From Octopus sinensis (Eukaryota), in contig NC_043020.1 in the NCBI RefSeq assembly GCF_006345805.1, forward strand, positions 4,154,001 through 4,218,000: a DNA stretch of 64,000 nt. The letters run 5' to 3'. Every line of letters begins with the position of its first letter. Positions within the stretch are counted from its first letter, which is position 1. Of this stretch, positions 24,964-39,257 are shown one piece after another. The notes under the pieces are model-generated. The model had not been told where the DNA came from. It saw nothing but the letters and a program-made list of their open reading frames with translations, and did not search any database. The translations under genes were made by a program, and so were the position numbers.

Positions 24964-25250
24964 TCTCTCTCTCTCTCTTCCCCCTCTCACACTATTCATA
25001 TATATATCTTCCTCTCTCTTCCCCCCTTTCACACTATTCATATATATCTTCCTCTCTCTTCCCCCCTCTCACACTATTCATATATATCTTCCTCTCTCTT
25101 CCCCCCTCTCACACTATTCATATATATCTTCCTCTCTCTTCCCCCCTCTCACACTATTCATATATATCTTCCTCTCTCTTCCCCCCTCTCACACTATTCA
25201 TATATATCTTCCTCTCTCTTCCCCCCTCTCACGCTATTCATATATACCTT
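24964..25250. repeat. 40-bp minisatellite, about 7 copies
   Basis: Unit cctctctcttcccccctctcacactattcatatatatctt repeated nearly perfectly. Confidence 0.95.
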
Positions 25251-26459
25251 CTTCTCTAACGCATTTTTATTACCTTCATACACTCTCTCTCTCTTTCTAC
25301 TCATACACAGACATGTATATATATGAGAGAGAAGGAGTTATTTATATATATATATATATATAACCCCCTCCCTCTGCCACTCATTTACACTCCTTCTCCA
25401 CACTTTTTTCTGTTCTTTCTTTCCTCCCTCTTCTACTCTCCTTCCTCTCTCTCTCTCTTATTCCCTCTTCTATTCTCTTTTCTTCTCATTTCCTCTCATT
25501 CACTCCCTCTCTCACTTTACTGTTTTCTTTATCAGAAATTTGAGAACCCATTCGCCCTTGTTTCTGTCAAGGTGATCCTACGTTTTGACCTGGATGTCCC
25601 GTATCACCGTTTGTTACAACATCCAACAAATTTCTTTGCATTATTTACTCCGGTTCCCTATGTTCAGGGTTCAAATCTTGCTGTGGGCATTTTTACCTTC
25701 AACCCAAAATTCGCCCCAAAATTCCTTGTCTTGTGCCTATGTTAAAGGATCTTTTCACTTTGACCGGCAGATTTTAAAAATAATTTCTTTGTAACTAAAC
25801 ACTTTTAAACTTCGTATACTGGTAGAATGTGTCAACATAAAACATCTTTTTCTCTTGGCTTTCTTGAGAAAATTCTGTAGTTTGTAAGCTATTTCTTGTT
25901 TAATTTCTTGCATTTCGGCAATTTCAACCAATCAGTGACGTCTATTGAGGTGAATACAATTTCTGCGGTTGTTTGTTAATGCAGTGTCATATCAGTTTGT
26001 CACTGTTATTTGACATATTTCATATGAGTTACGTTCGTATGAATAAAAGATTATCGTTATTAAACTTTCATTAAAAAAAAGGTAAAATCCCCGTCAAAAC
26101 GGAGAAATTCCAAATATGTGATCTTCCTGATCCGAAACTTCCCTCCCCACACCCCCAGAAAAAGTTTTTGTAATAAATTTCTTTAAAATCGTAATCTATG
26201 CCTTTTAAAGGGTATTTGTACAAACTTTCAAAAGACCCCCATTTTCCTGAAAGCTATGAGGGTCAAAATTCGGTTCGTGTGAATTTTCTGAAACTCTTCT
26301 TGCCAATAAATCCCTATTCTGAACCAACCGTGTCTGAGCGGAATTTGATGAAGATTTCGGTGGTGGCGATACACATCTGTAGCTATGTCGGGTTGGAAAG
26401 GTATTTTTTTCTGGCTCTTTAAGTTCAAATCCCGCTGACGTTAATTTTAAGAGGGCTAC

Positions 26460-26831
26460 TACTAGTGAACAGTGGTCCCGGTGCGCGCACTCGCGCAAGC
26501 TAGTCATGAGCAGTCGATTCTTACCTTGTATAACAAAAATTATTTATTTTGTGTTTTATTTACTTTGCTAGGATCGACTAGTCACGACTAGCTAGCGCGG
26601 ATGCACGAGTGCGCGCACCGGGACCACCGTTTTCAAGTTGTACCTCTATATGTATTTACTTTAGTTTTTACTCGTCAGAAATCTTCATTTAAGCAAGATT
26701 TTACGAAACTACGGCTGATTCGAAAACCGGAAGTCTTTATTTGCGACTCATTGCAGTTCCGGTTCCGGGGTCTGGTTTGGTTCATTTGAAATCGCAGAAA
26801 ATAGAAGAAATATTCCAGCGAATTCTTGGAG
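26460..26831. promoter_or_regulatory. CpG-rich POLR2E promoter / divergent promoter region with ETS motifs
   Basis: CpG density well above the flanks; CCGGAAGT at 26727-26734 and TTCCGG twice at 26757-26768; directly upstream of the POLR2E ATG. Confidence 0.6.
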
Positions 26832-26888
26832 ATGGATGACGAACAAGAAACTTATAAATTATGGCGTATTCGTAGGACTATAATGCAG
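26832..26888 (+). CDS. POLR2E: POLR2E/RPB5 exon 1 (MDDEQETYKLWRIRRTIMQ)
   Basis: ATG to CAG|GTAAAT; classic metazoan RPB5 N-terminus. Confidence 0.97.
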
Positions 26889-27260
26889 GTAAATGCTCAC
26901 TGCCGTTTCTTTTTAGTTGTTTCTTTACCAACGTATTATATATTATTTATTTAAGCACGAACCACGTTGTGTTTCTCTAATTGCTGACCGTCCGGCCATC
27001 GTCAGTCCTCGGACAATCATCGAAATGAAACGTGCCTCCAGTAATATTTTAAAATAAACTTTGCACTATCTTTCGAAGGAAAGACAAGGGAACCTCGAGG
27101 AACAATAAAAAAATAAAAACTTGGTTCAGTTTTTGTTCGAAGCTTCTGAAATATATTTCGTGGATCGAATTTCACAGACGAAATAAGTTTCGATATGACT
27201 ATTTATCCAAGTTCCTTAGCGGTACTCCCACTGTCGTATGTATGTATATATAAAATATGT

Positions 27261-27629
27261 GTAAGTAGCTTGCTTATCAACCACATGGTTCCGGGTTCAG
27301 TCCCACTGCGTGGCACCTTGGGTGTCTTCTGCTATAGCCTCGGGCCGACCAAAGCCTTCTGAGTGGATTTGGTAGACGGAAACTGTAAGAAGCTCGTCGT
27401 ATGTATATATATATGTGTGTGTTTAAGCTTGTGTGTCTGTGTTTGTCCCCCCAACATCGCTTGACAACCGATGCCGATGTGTTTACGTCCCTGTAACTTA
27501 GCGTTTCGGCAAAAGAGACCGATAGAATCAGTACTAGGCTTACAAAGAATAAGTCCTGCGGTCGATTTACTCGACTAAAGGCAGTGCTTCAGCATGGCCA
27601 CAGTCAAATGACTGAAACAAGTAAAAGAG
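27261..27629 (+). mobile_element. Family-B SINE in POLR2E intron 1 (CpG-rich, young-looking)
   Basis: Full body ending GACTGAAACAAGTAAAAGAG. Confidence 0.9.
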
Positions 27630-28639
27630 CAAAGAGTATGTATAAGCTACTTGTATTGTTGGTGTGTATGTAACTGCGTGGAAGTTCTTTGTGAAAGTTT
27701 GAAAATATTACCTAAAGCAATTTCTGATAATATTGTTTTGTTTTTGTTATGGGGGAGAAAAGGCTTCTTTTTCTCATATTTTCTGCCCGAGATGCAGGAA
27801 TAAATAGCGAGAGAGACTATGGATATCAAGAGATGAATGGACAGAGAAAGACTGACAAATAGAAGAAAATGGAGAAATAGGAAAAATCGGTAAATAGCGA
27901 GAAATAGCTTGACGTGTTGTGATGGTAACAGGAATTTTGACTTTGTTTGCTGAGACTACATTATTGCACGAAGTTGTAACCTGTAGACATTATTAGGTAG
28001 AATAAAGGCATTACACTCTGTATAGATGTTGACTGGATAGATGGACACTGTGAAGGAGATATTAAGTAAAGGTTGATTAGGTAAATAATTGGTTAAGCAA
28101 CTATGTAGTTCACAGATGGAGCATTCCTGTGTTGTGTTAGATTGAACTGAGTAGACTAATCGTTAGTCAAACAACACATCTACTTTGTCTGTCTGCCCCA
28201 GGACTGTGCACTGCTCATTTTAACATGTATTGTGTGACATTGATTAGTGTGGGACTTGGAGTGATGAGAAAAAAGAGTGGCAAGTTGGATGGGATGGAAT
28301 GATCCAGCCAGCTCTAAAGAGTAGAGGCCAAAATAGTAGCAGTACAAAAGCAGAGAGAGAAGACAGTGCAGCTTTAGGCCAGAGACTGAGGCATGTCTTC
28401 TGGTGTTGCTAAACAGTTGAGTGGCCCTTTCTGGATGCTACCTGTGAGTGCAGCTGTAACACCATCCCAAATATTAGAATAATACTCCATGTGAGCCTCA
28501 GCCAAGCTTTGGGAAGTGTTAATGATTGGTGAAGGCTAAAATCTCTTCTGGCTTGAAAAACAAGGGCTTGGCATTGGGTTGTAATGTTAACCCTTCAGCA
28601 TTCAGATTACTCTGTCAAACATAATAATTATTCACCGAG

Positions 28640-29106
<467 letters not shown>

Positions 29107-30389
29107 TAATGTAACCTCTCTGCTTCCCTCCTCTCTACATCTGTACTATTGTATCTGTATAACATCTCCTTCTCCTCTCCCCCTCTGTGCCAAGGTGGAA
29201 CCTCCTCCCATCGTCTATTGACACTCTTTACAACTCAGTATTATTACTTTAGACATTATTATTACTCCAGCCTTGGCAATTTTGCATAAACCTGGAATTC
29301 CATAATTCCAAATGTTATATTTTATTTGGCTTTCATGTAACATGGACATTCTGCAGTAATTTGGTTATCCCATAAGAGTGCTGCATAGAATATTTTGGTG
29401 TGTTTGATTCAGCTTTCTCTAATCTGAGTTCAAATCCAGCTGAGGTCAATTTTACTTTTTATCTTTTTGGAGTTTAAGAAAAAAAAAATACCAGACCTGT
29501 ACTGAGGTTAATTGTAGTACTCTCTCTCTCTCTCTCACCATTTCTCTTTTTTCTTGCTGCTTGAAATCTGCTGTATTCAAGCCTTGGAGCAGAATAAGAT
29601 CTGCTCAGTTTAAAATGCCAAAGATGTGCTATGTGTTCCCCAAAGATCTCCCTACAACTCTCTCAAGAGTTAAGGCTGCCCCATTCTTCTAACATGGATA
29701 TCACTGGAAAATAAGTTTTATATTATGAAATTTTGTGTTACAGCAAGATTTTCAGTAATTCTGTTTCCGTGATGCTGGAAAGGTGTATACCCTCAGTTTT
29801 TGTACCACTGCACAAAAAACTGTTGTATGTTGTCTGTGGTCAGGACCACTGTCATTCTCCTCTTCTCAGAGAAATTTTGCAGTATGGAACATTTTGAGGT
29901 GAGATGGGGGGCATCACCAGAATTTCAAGAGTGAAGAGACCCTTCCTTGGCTTTGCAGGTCCCATACCAATGCACTGACCAGTCCTGCATATTATAGACT
30001 CTACCTGTGGCCTTATTCAATGTCAACCAAAATTCATTGTTCAAACGAGTTTGATGACATCCTTGGTTCAGTTGTTTTGTAATAATGATGGATTCATTGA
30101 TAGGACTTTGTTACCATGAAGTTCTGGGTTTGATCTAGGATTCTCTTGACCCAAGATGCCACCCAACTTGGGCTAATGGATTATTTGACCTGTTAAAACT
30201 AGCAACTTAGTCTCCATTAAAACACCATCTTAAAAATGAAAAGGACACATTGCATAATGTATTCCTAGTTATATATGTATAAAAGAGAATCTTGATGTGT
30301 GGTTATTATTTCATTTCAATTAAAACACTGTTAATGATGATGAAGTTTACTCTTGTTAATGACAAATGTTCAATGTTTTCTCTTTATAG

Positions 30390-30451
30390 CGAACGTCGAC
30401 CAGCCCGCAGTGATTTGATTGTTTTAGTGGCCCACAACGATGACCCTACAG
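30390..30451 (+). CDS. POLR2E: POLR2E exon 3 ([21 protein letters not shown])
   Basis: TTATAG acceptor and G|GTGAGA donor; phases agree with exons 2 and 4. Confidence 0.96.
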
Positions 30452-30476
30452 GTGAGACAGAATTTTACTTACCTTG

Positions 30477-30517
<41 letters not shown>

Positions 30518-30728
30518 TAGACACAAAGTATTCATCACATTTTGTGGGAATATTATACTCATTATATTGGCACCAATGTTAAAACCCTTATTTTTTGTCA
30601 TTCCTCTTCTGTGTCACCTTTCCTCCCTCACTACTTCTCCATCAGGTCATGTATGGGTGTGTATACGTATGCATATACACACCCATACATAGATAATCTG
30701 GTTCTGTCAAGAAGTTTTTCTTTTAATG

Positions 30729-30772
<44 letters not shown>

Positions 30773-30868
30773 GTGTGCATTCACATACATATATAGGTAT
30801 ACAGTATCTTCTCCAAAAATCCATAGTTTTTCGACAGAGGTCTGTAGACCAAACCTCACATTTAGCAT

Positions 30869-33800
30869 TGTTATGAATTATAATATCCTATCATCAGTTT
30901 CTTTCTACAATAGTAAATAATGGGTAAAAATAAAGATATCTTATTTTGTATTGAATACAAAAATGTGGCCTGGTGTTGATAGATGGGTTCCGTCTTTACC
31001 TAATATAAACAAACGCGTCTTAATTGTTGGACATTCGTGATTAATGGATTAGACAGCAAGCAGAAATAAAGTTTGAATAAAAGCCTTTTTTGAACTGGTT
31101 TATGACAAATTTTATTCAAACTTGATTCTAAATGGATGCCAAAGTGTTCAAGATGATGCTACCAGACGACCCAACTGGGGAAGATTATATTTACTGGAAA
31201 TGGATGCAAAAGCAAAAATCCTCAGTGGAGCAAGAACCTACCCCATCATCAAAGGATCTGAAACCTTCCAGGCAGCAATAGAATGCCTGGACTCAAAGTT
31301 TATAAAGAAAGGTTCAAACATAATGAAGTGCTATTAGTTATGAACTCGAAAACAAAAGGAAAATGAGTCTATAGAAGAATTTATGTCAAGCCTTCAGGTG
31401 CTGGCCAAGAAGTGTGAAATCAAGCCCTAATGGCAGACCGTTTCCGAGAAATTCTAACTGGTGATGCCTTTGTAGCTGGGCTTCATTCACCATCATTCAG
31501 ACAAAGACTTTTTGAGTCATCAAATGACAGCTTAGAAACACTCTATAAGCTTGCTCAGACCATGGAGGTGGCCATTGAAGACACTCGCAACCTATTGCAA
31601 GGCTCAGCTGGTATCAATCAACTACCCCATCTCACAGCCGCTAAATCAGCATGCTTTTGGTATGGTGGAGACATCCATTTAAAAAAAAAATCAATGCCTG
31701 GCAAGAAATTCCACTTACAAAAGGTGTCAGAAGAAAGGTTACTGGGAGAAAGTTTGCCCCTCAAAAAAGCCACCAAAAACCAAACAAAACTTCCCTAAAA
31801 CAGCAGCTGTCACAGAACCTGAGAGTGACTCAGAGGAAAACAGTGATGGGACCTTATCATTCGTCATTTTAACAGTTACAAACAGTACAGTACAGCTCGT
31901 ACCTCTTACAATTAAGGGCAACAATACACAAGCCCTTCTTGACACGGGTTCTGACAGGACATTTATTGAAGCAAATCTTGTTGCAGTCTGGGGACTACAA
32001 TACGGTTGTACCTGCCCAGAAAAAGTAAACTTGGCCAATAACACAGCACTGGGAACTGAAGGCAAACTACAACTGGGAAATAACATGTAATGCTGATTTC
32101 CCTGTGGCTGACCACCTTGTAGCTCCAATCATCATCAGAATTGATATCCTCAGTCAACACTCAGCAGTTACAATTGACTTCAAGGGCACGCTCAAACCCG
32201 TGTCATTCTGCATGTCCATGTCAAGCCCAAAATGTTCCACATACGAACTACTTCCTGGCATATAAAGACCTCTAAGCTCAAACCAATTTCAACAACTTCA
32301 AGATGCAGTCCAAGAAACACAGAGTTTATTCAGCACAGAATAGACAGGTCACTTTCAGAGGACATAATTCGGGAAAGCCGTCGACCCTGGCGAGCTCAAT
32401 ACTTCGTGACATTTAATGGAAGGAAGAAAAGACTAGTGATTGATCACTCGAACACTATAAATATCTACACACAACTGGATGCCTACCCTACCCCACAGAT
32501 CAATGACCTTCTAATTGAAGTAGCAGCAAACAAGATTTTCAACAACGTAGGTATGACAGCTGCATATCACATCACCAGGTGGAACTCCTACCCAAAGACT
32601 ATAAACTGACAGCATTCAAAGCAGGGGGGAGATTGTATGACTTTATACACCTTGTTGCAGCAATTTTCCAGTGTGTCATGGATGAATTCATAAAAGGAAA
32701 CAATCTTCAAAAAACCGTTTCCAATCTAGATGACATCATCCTGAACATGATGATAACCTCAGGAGATTTATCCAGGCAGCTGAAACAGCTGGCATGAATA
32801 AGGACAAGAGTCAATTCTCTCAGGACATATTATTGGAAATTCAACAATAAAACCTGACCCTAAAAGGTATCAAGCTCTGCTAGATATGCCAGAACCAAGA
32901 ACATTGAGAGAACTAAATCAAATAATAGGAATTTTTGCAGACTCACCATTCCACTTTCAAGGGCCAGAGAGAATATCAACAAAACAGGACTGCCAGAAGA
33001 AGCAAAATCAGCAATTGCATCTTTCAAGACTGCATTGGTAAATTCCGCAGTTACCGTTCCACAACCTGGACTACCACTTACCAGTGAGACAAATGCTTCT
33101 GACCTAGTCTTGGGAAGGAAGGTCAGTGGCCTTCTATTCAAGGTCCCTTTCAAAAACAGAAAAACACCAATCCATTGTTGCAAGGGAAGCCTGTGCAATT
33201 GTAGAATGTTTCCACAAATGGCGCCACTTAATACATGTTTCCCCTTCCTGCAGCATCGTCACTGATCAACTTTCGGTAGGGATAACTTTTAATAAGCAAG
33301 GGACATCAAAAATGAAAAACTTATATGCTGGCACTTGGATCTCTCAGATCTTCTTTAGACCAGGAACCCAAAACAAAGCAGCAGACACACTATCAAGATG
33401 TGCAGTAACAAGAGACACTACAACACTAGTAACCCTTCACAAACAACTGCCACCTAGGAGTGACCCATCTACTTCACTACTGTAAAGTACAAAACCTGCT
33501 GTTCTCCCTTAACGAAATCCGTGAAATGACATTCGCTTGCTCTACATGCAACAAACTCAAACCCTGCTTCCACAAACCACTTATGGGTCAATTAATACAG
33601 GCATCGGGCTCTGGGAGTGCCTCTGCATTGGCTTTGTTGGTCTCCTACCATCAACCACACAATACCGTTATTTATTGGTAATAGTCGATGAGTACTCTAG
33701 TTACCCATTTGCAAAGACATGACTACCGAAACAGTAATTTTCCATCTGTTCAACCTCTTTTCATTGTTTGGATCACCAAGTTGTATCCACTCTGACACAG

Positions 33801-34760
33801 GAACCCAGTTTGATAACAAGAAGCCCTGGGACTTCCTTCATGTTAACAGGACAATGATAACTAGAACATCTCCCTATCAACCTCAAGGCAATGGCCAATG
33901 TGAAAGGACCAACTGTATCTTCATGAAGACCATAAATCTAGCACTTAGTTCACTACATCTAGATAAAAGACAATGGTTGACAGTCCTTCCCATGGCACTA
34001 TCAGCCATGAGAGCACTCCTCTGTACAGCTACCAACACAGCCCCCCCCCCCTCCATGAGCAAATGTTTAAATTTTCAATTAAATCATTGACAGTGGGAAA
34101 CATCCTACCTGAATTCCTCCAGAATATCGGAAGCACAATACTTCATCGTTGACATCTCAGAAATAAGGGGGATCCACTTGTAGAAAACATTAAATTGGAG
34201 ACGATTTCTCCCCACTTTGCATGCATACAATTTGGAAACGGATGAATAAATACAGTGTCCGCATGCCACCTCGTTCCAGCAGGACAATCTTTCAATCAAG
34301 GAAGCAAACACACAAAGAGAACCAGGGCTAACTACAAAAACAAGAGTTCAATATAGAACAACATAATCCACAAATAATAAATCGACAAGGAACCGACCCC
34401 AACAGTTCACCAATAGAAGGAATGGAGCTCACAGTCCGGCACCTGAAAACATGAGCAGATTAGCAACTGGAGAATACCTGAACGAGGATGATACTGGGAA
34501 CAAAACGCCAACTGTTCAAGGACAAAAACAGACGAGAAAACTGAGATCAGGACGAATTATTAAGACCCTTTTTTATATTAAGATTTATGTTTTGAATGCA
34601 CCGTGATTAACTTTTCATTCAGCAGGGAAGACTGTTATGTATTATAATATCCTATCATTAATTCCTTTCTACAGTAGTAAATGATAGATAAAAATATAGA
34701 ACTCTAATTTTGTATTGAGTACGAAGATGCAGCATAGTGTGAAATGACGTTGATAGATGG
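30869..34760 (+). mobile_element. Degenerate near-full-length Gypsy element in POLR2E intron 3
   Basis: LTR starts TGTTATG..ATAATATCCTATCAT at 30869 and 34633 (the second preceded by a purine tract); protease ALLDTGSD; RT RLVIDH/LDAYP/NLDDII; RNase H FYSRSL; integrase CSTC, VDEYS, IHSD, PQGNGQCER. Confidence 0.92.
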
Positions 34761-36230
34761 AGACTGTCTTTCTTAATTTCTCAATTTTTTGTGCGTCCTG
34801 TCATAAATTTATAATCCTTTGGCATTCTTCAGCCACTGCCTGTAAAGTCAGTGTTGAATCTTGTTCTGGCTTTGTCAATATCCGAGCCCATATCTTTGCA
34901 TCTTTACTTGCAGTTAATCCTTATACAATGATTAGGCATTTGAGCATGTCCCGAGTTGATACATTTAGTTTAAATTTTTCACATTCTCTGTTTACGAAAT
35001 CTTCAGTTTTTTTCTTTTTTTTTTTTTCAAATTCAAGCACTCCCTGCAAATATTAAATAGTGAACTTCTTTCACTGAATATTTTAAACAACCAAAACACC
35101 CCCTCCCTCCGTATAATGGAAGGTGCTGAGTTGTCAAACTTTTAAACCAAATTTTCTCAAAACAACTTGTCCAACTGTCCCATAGGCCTCCCCTTTGAGA
35201 AACACTGATTTAACCTAAATTTGAGACACCGGCAAAAGAAGAAATAAAGATAGACTTTTTTTCTATTCCAAAGAAAAACGATTTTATTCACACAAATATG
35301 CAACCAAAGAGTTTAGGGCTGTTGACAGGGAGAACACAAACATAGTTTAAACTGTAAGCCTGGCAGGAAAGAAACGTGTCTTTAAGCAGTACAAAAACAA
35401 CGAAAAATGGAAAGTGCAGTTATGTACAGGTTGATGGAAGAAAAGCAGGACAAAAACAGCTTTATCAATCGCATTCTCACCTGGAATCAATTTCTGTCAT
35501 TTTTTCAAGACTTATACACGTCCTGATACCGTCGATATCTACATATCAAATTTGAGCGCAATCGGATGGAGGATGCCCAAGATCCTAGAAGACACACACA
35601 CAGACAGACAGAACGGATTTTATATAATAGATAACAGGTTAATTGTAAAAATTTCGGATGGTTTTCTTGGCAGGATGTAATTCCAATAATTTTCATGTTC
35701 TGCGGGTGATAATTTCCTTAAAAGAAGTCGCACCTTCTTTTCATCCATCCAGTTTCTACATTCTTCTTTGAAAATGTCTTCATACCTTCTGAAGTATGCA
35801 GAAAACGTATTCCTTTCTTCTGGGTTATAAGTAAATTCTTGAATTGAATTAGCAAACCCCGTCTGCCGAAAATGAACCTGAAGTGTTTTTGGACTGCAAC
35901 AATAATTTCAACCACTGTTGTTCTTGTTGCTGTTGTAGTTGTCGTTGCAACTGTAGCATGGAAGCTAATAAGTCTTCCATGCTAAGAACATCCACAGAGA
36001 GCTTCAAATGTCTTGTTTCCATTCTTATATCTTTCTGTTTGGATATGGACTTCACTGTGACAGTGTTAGAACACTACAAAAACCAAATCAGTAACAAATA
36101 CATAACAAACTTATATCTCTTCTCAATGACTTCTGCAACTGCCTTCACAGATGCGACTGCACACACCACACTGTGCATTGCATTGTCAGTACGCATGCAT
36201 CTTTATATGGTTTAGGACAGTTCACTTGCT
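34760..36230 (-). mobile_element. Gypsy (Mag-like) gag remnant, interrupted by later insertions
   Basis: NSIQEFTYNPEE..FRRYEDIF..KKVRLLLRKL..NYILP (about 35650-35850) and VNRECEKFKL..KCLI..GLTA..LTLQAVAEECQRI (about 34790-35000). Confidence 0.8.
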
Positions 36231-36275
36231 ATCCCACTGGGTTGTCAGGATTTCACAACAACATACATATATATA

Positions 36276-36662
36276 CTAGCAGTATTGCCTGGCGTTACTC
36301 GGGTTTGTTTTGACCCTTTAGAATTGGAATGTTTGAAAAGTAAAAAAATTGCATTATGTAGCTTGTTATTCTCTTTAAGTGAACATTTTTCTGGTTGAAA
36401 TACACCGAAAAATGACGACACAGCAGTCAAAAAATCGTAAAAAATAGGGATTTTCATAGAAAAAAAGCACCTTTTTGATGTAAATAATTTTTGGTGTTTA
36501 CATGGTCCGATTTTAATTTTTTCTTCTATGGAATGAAGAGCAAGTCTTCTATCATACTCTCAATTTTGGTCAACTTGCGCTGCAGGGTCTCGGAGGAGAT
36601 AGTGTTAGTTGAAGGCTACTAAACCTGCCACACACAGACAACTTCTGCTTTATATATAAAGA
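36276..36662 (-). mobile_element. Non-autonomous Helitron
   Basis: 5' TC end, 3' hairpin CCCGAGTAACGCCAGG and CTAG end, inserted between A and T. Confidence 0.8.
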
Positions 36663-37142
36663 TACACACTCATATAGATATGTAGATAGATATATAGATG
36701 TGTGTGCGTATTGGCATTTTGCTACCATCTCTTTGTGTTACTCTGTCTGGGTTAGCCATGTCCCTCCTCCAAAGCAAGACACCTGTTTCTGTACCTCTGT
36801 CGCAGTTAAACCTCACATCACCTGGCACAAGTGACTTGGTGACCCCACTGGTGCCACATAAGAGGCACCCCACACACTGTGAAGTGGTTGGTGTTAGGAA
36901 GAACTCTGCCAACACAGGCAGTGAAGCTTGGTACAATCCTCTGGCTTGCCAGCTTCTGTCACACAATCCAACCGATGCCAGCATGAAAAATAGACATTAA
37001 ATGATGATCACACACACACACACACATGTAAACTTTCTTTCCATTATTATTTCCATATTTGTATCCATGGTGATTGAGTTATATTCAGTACTGTTTCCTA
37101 AATGTTAGTAAATCTTTTTTTTTTTTTTTTTTTTTTTTTTAA

Positions 37143-37397
<255 letters not shown>

Positions 37398-37604
37398 TAA
37401 GATGGAAATCTATCCACGTTTGTTTCTTATATTATGTGGAAACTGCACGAAGCCAAAACTTGTACTAGGCATTGATCCTTTTTCTTTTCCCCCTTCCACT
37501 TTGTGACAGGGCCATGGGTTTGCTTCATTGGATGCTCTTCTCAACACCAACCTTTATTTCATACATGTCACGGTGTTGTTGACTGGATCACACACACACA
37601 CACA

Positions 37605-37905
37605 CGTGTACCAGCGGTGGTTGTTACCAGCATCGCCTTACTGGCACTTGTGCAGGTGACACGTAAAAAAACATGATTTTTTCATGGTCATTGCCAGTAC
37701 TGCCTGACTGGCCCTTGTGCTGGTGGCATGTAAAAGCACCCACTACACTCTTAGAGTGGTTGGCGTTGAAGGGCATCCAGCTGTAGAAACTCTGCCAGAT
37801 CAAGATTGGAGCCTGGTGCAGCCATCTGGTTCACCACTCCTCAGTCAAATCGTCCAACCCATGCCAGCATGGAAAGCGGACGTTAAACAATGATGATGAT
37901 GATGA
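37605..37905 (+). mobile_element. Family-A repeat
   Basis: Family-A core and (TGA)n tail. Confidence 0.85.
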
Positions 37906-38759
37906 TATGTGTGTGTGTATCAAGGCACAGGCATAGCTGTGTGGTTTAGAAGCTTGCTTCCCAACCAAAATTTGACCTCTGGTTCAGTCCCTCTGTGAAG
38001 CACTTTTGGCCTGTGCACTTTACTATAGCCCCAAGCCAAGACTTGTGAGTGAGTGTATTTGGTAGATGGAAACTGAAAGAAGCCCATCATATTTGTATGC
38101 ATGTGTCTCTATGCTTATCCTGACATGATGCTGTAAATGAGCATCACTGCCATGCTAAGCAAATGATGGGGAGATTAGCAAGAGAGAACGAAGAGTTGGA
38201 GTGAGGATTTTATATGGGCAAATTAGGTGAGGGCCCTAATTGCGTTTATAGACATTATGCTTCCAGAGCCTCATTTTGCTGAGATAACCAGGTCTTGTGC
38301 ATCTTATGTCACCAGTCAGCCTTCTCCTTGGTTATCTCCTCCTTAAAATTCAAACTCCTGAGATTATGTATAAATATGTGTGTGTGTGTCCTCATTATCG
38401 TTTAGCATCCATTTTTCCATGATTGCATAGGCCGCTCAGAATATGTTGAGGCAGATTTTCTACAGCTGGATGCCCTTCCTGTTGCCAACCATCACTTGGT
38501 CAGACATATTTATTCCATGGAAGACTGGAAATGAAGACAGACATTAAAAGATGATGATGACACATAGTAGGCTTCCATTCAGTTTCCATCTGTTAAGTTT
38601 CACTCACATTCCATTAATTTTTGATCAGTGGTCTCCTCAAGCAGAACTGACCTAGGGTTATACAATAACAGTAGTTTGAGTGTTTTAGCACCTCCAGATC
38701 AGATCCTGCAAGTTTCATGTCTTTGAAATATATTTTATGTTGATGATGTATGGTATGTT

Positions 38760-38793
<34 letters not shown>

Positions 38794-38827
38794 CATTAAT
38801 TCATTATTTTGTTATATTCCTGAATAG

Positions 38828-38908
38828 GCTCTGGTAGACATGGCACCAAAATATATTCTGGAACAGTTCTTGGAAGCAGAATTATTGGTAAACATCACAT
38901 CACACATG
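38828..38908 (+). CDS. POLR2E: POLR2E exon 5 ([27 protein letters not shown])
   Basis: AATAG acceptor and ATG|GTAAGT donor; 81 nt. Confidence 0.96.
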
Positions 38909-39257
38909 GTAAGTCTGTTGTGACCATGTTTAGAGAGTTTGATTTCAAACTAACTCAGAATATTCATTCAAGATAATTCTTTTGATTAAGTCATTGAAAA
39001 TCCAAATGTTTGATGAGAGTTTTTCTGTTCAAATGATGAAAATTCTATTTATTTATTAATTGACAATTCTGTTGATTCGTCATTTTATGACTGATCTCCT
39101 TGGATGGCATCATCACAGTCTAACCTTCTCAAGGGGCCAAAGGATCCTGTCATGTCTCCACTACCAGTGGATGCCCTTCTCAACACCAATTACTTTCTAA
39201 GGTATACTGGGTACATTATACAAGGTGGACCAGGTACTGCACTGGAAAGGTTGTCAT

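Noticed and set aside
24964-25250. CRISPR array
   Set aside because: Units are contiguous with no unique spacers, and the context is eukaryotic
24804-25745. Plus-strand ORFs of 140-161 aa
   Set aside because: Antisense to GPX4 exon 1 and extended by the 40-bp repeat; no recognisable protein motifs
26515-26540. Minus-strand AAG|GTAAG donor as a possible non-coding GPX4 first exon
   Set aside because: Lies inside the inverted repeat, and no matching acceptor was found upstream of the GPX4 ATG
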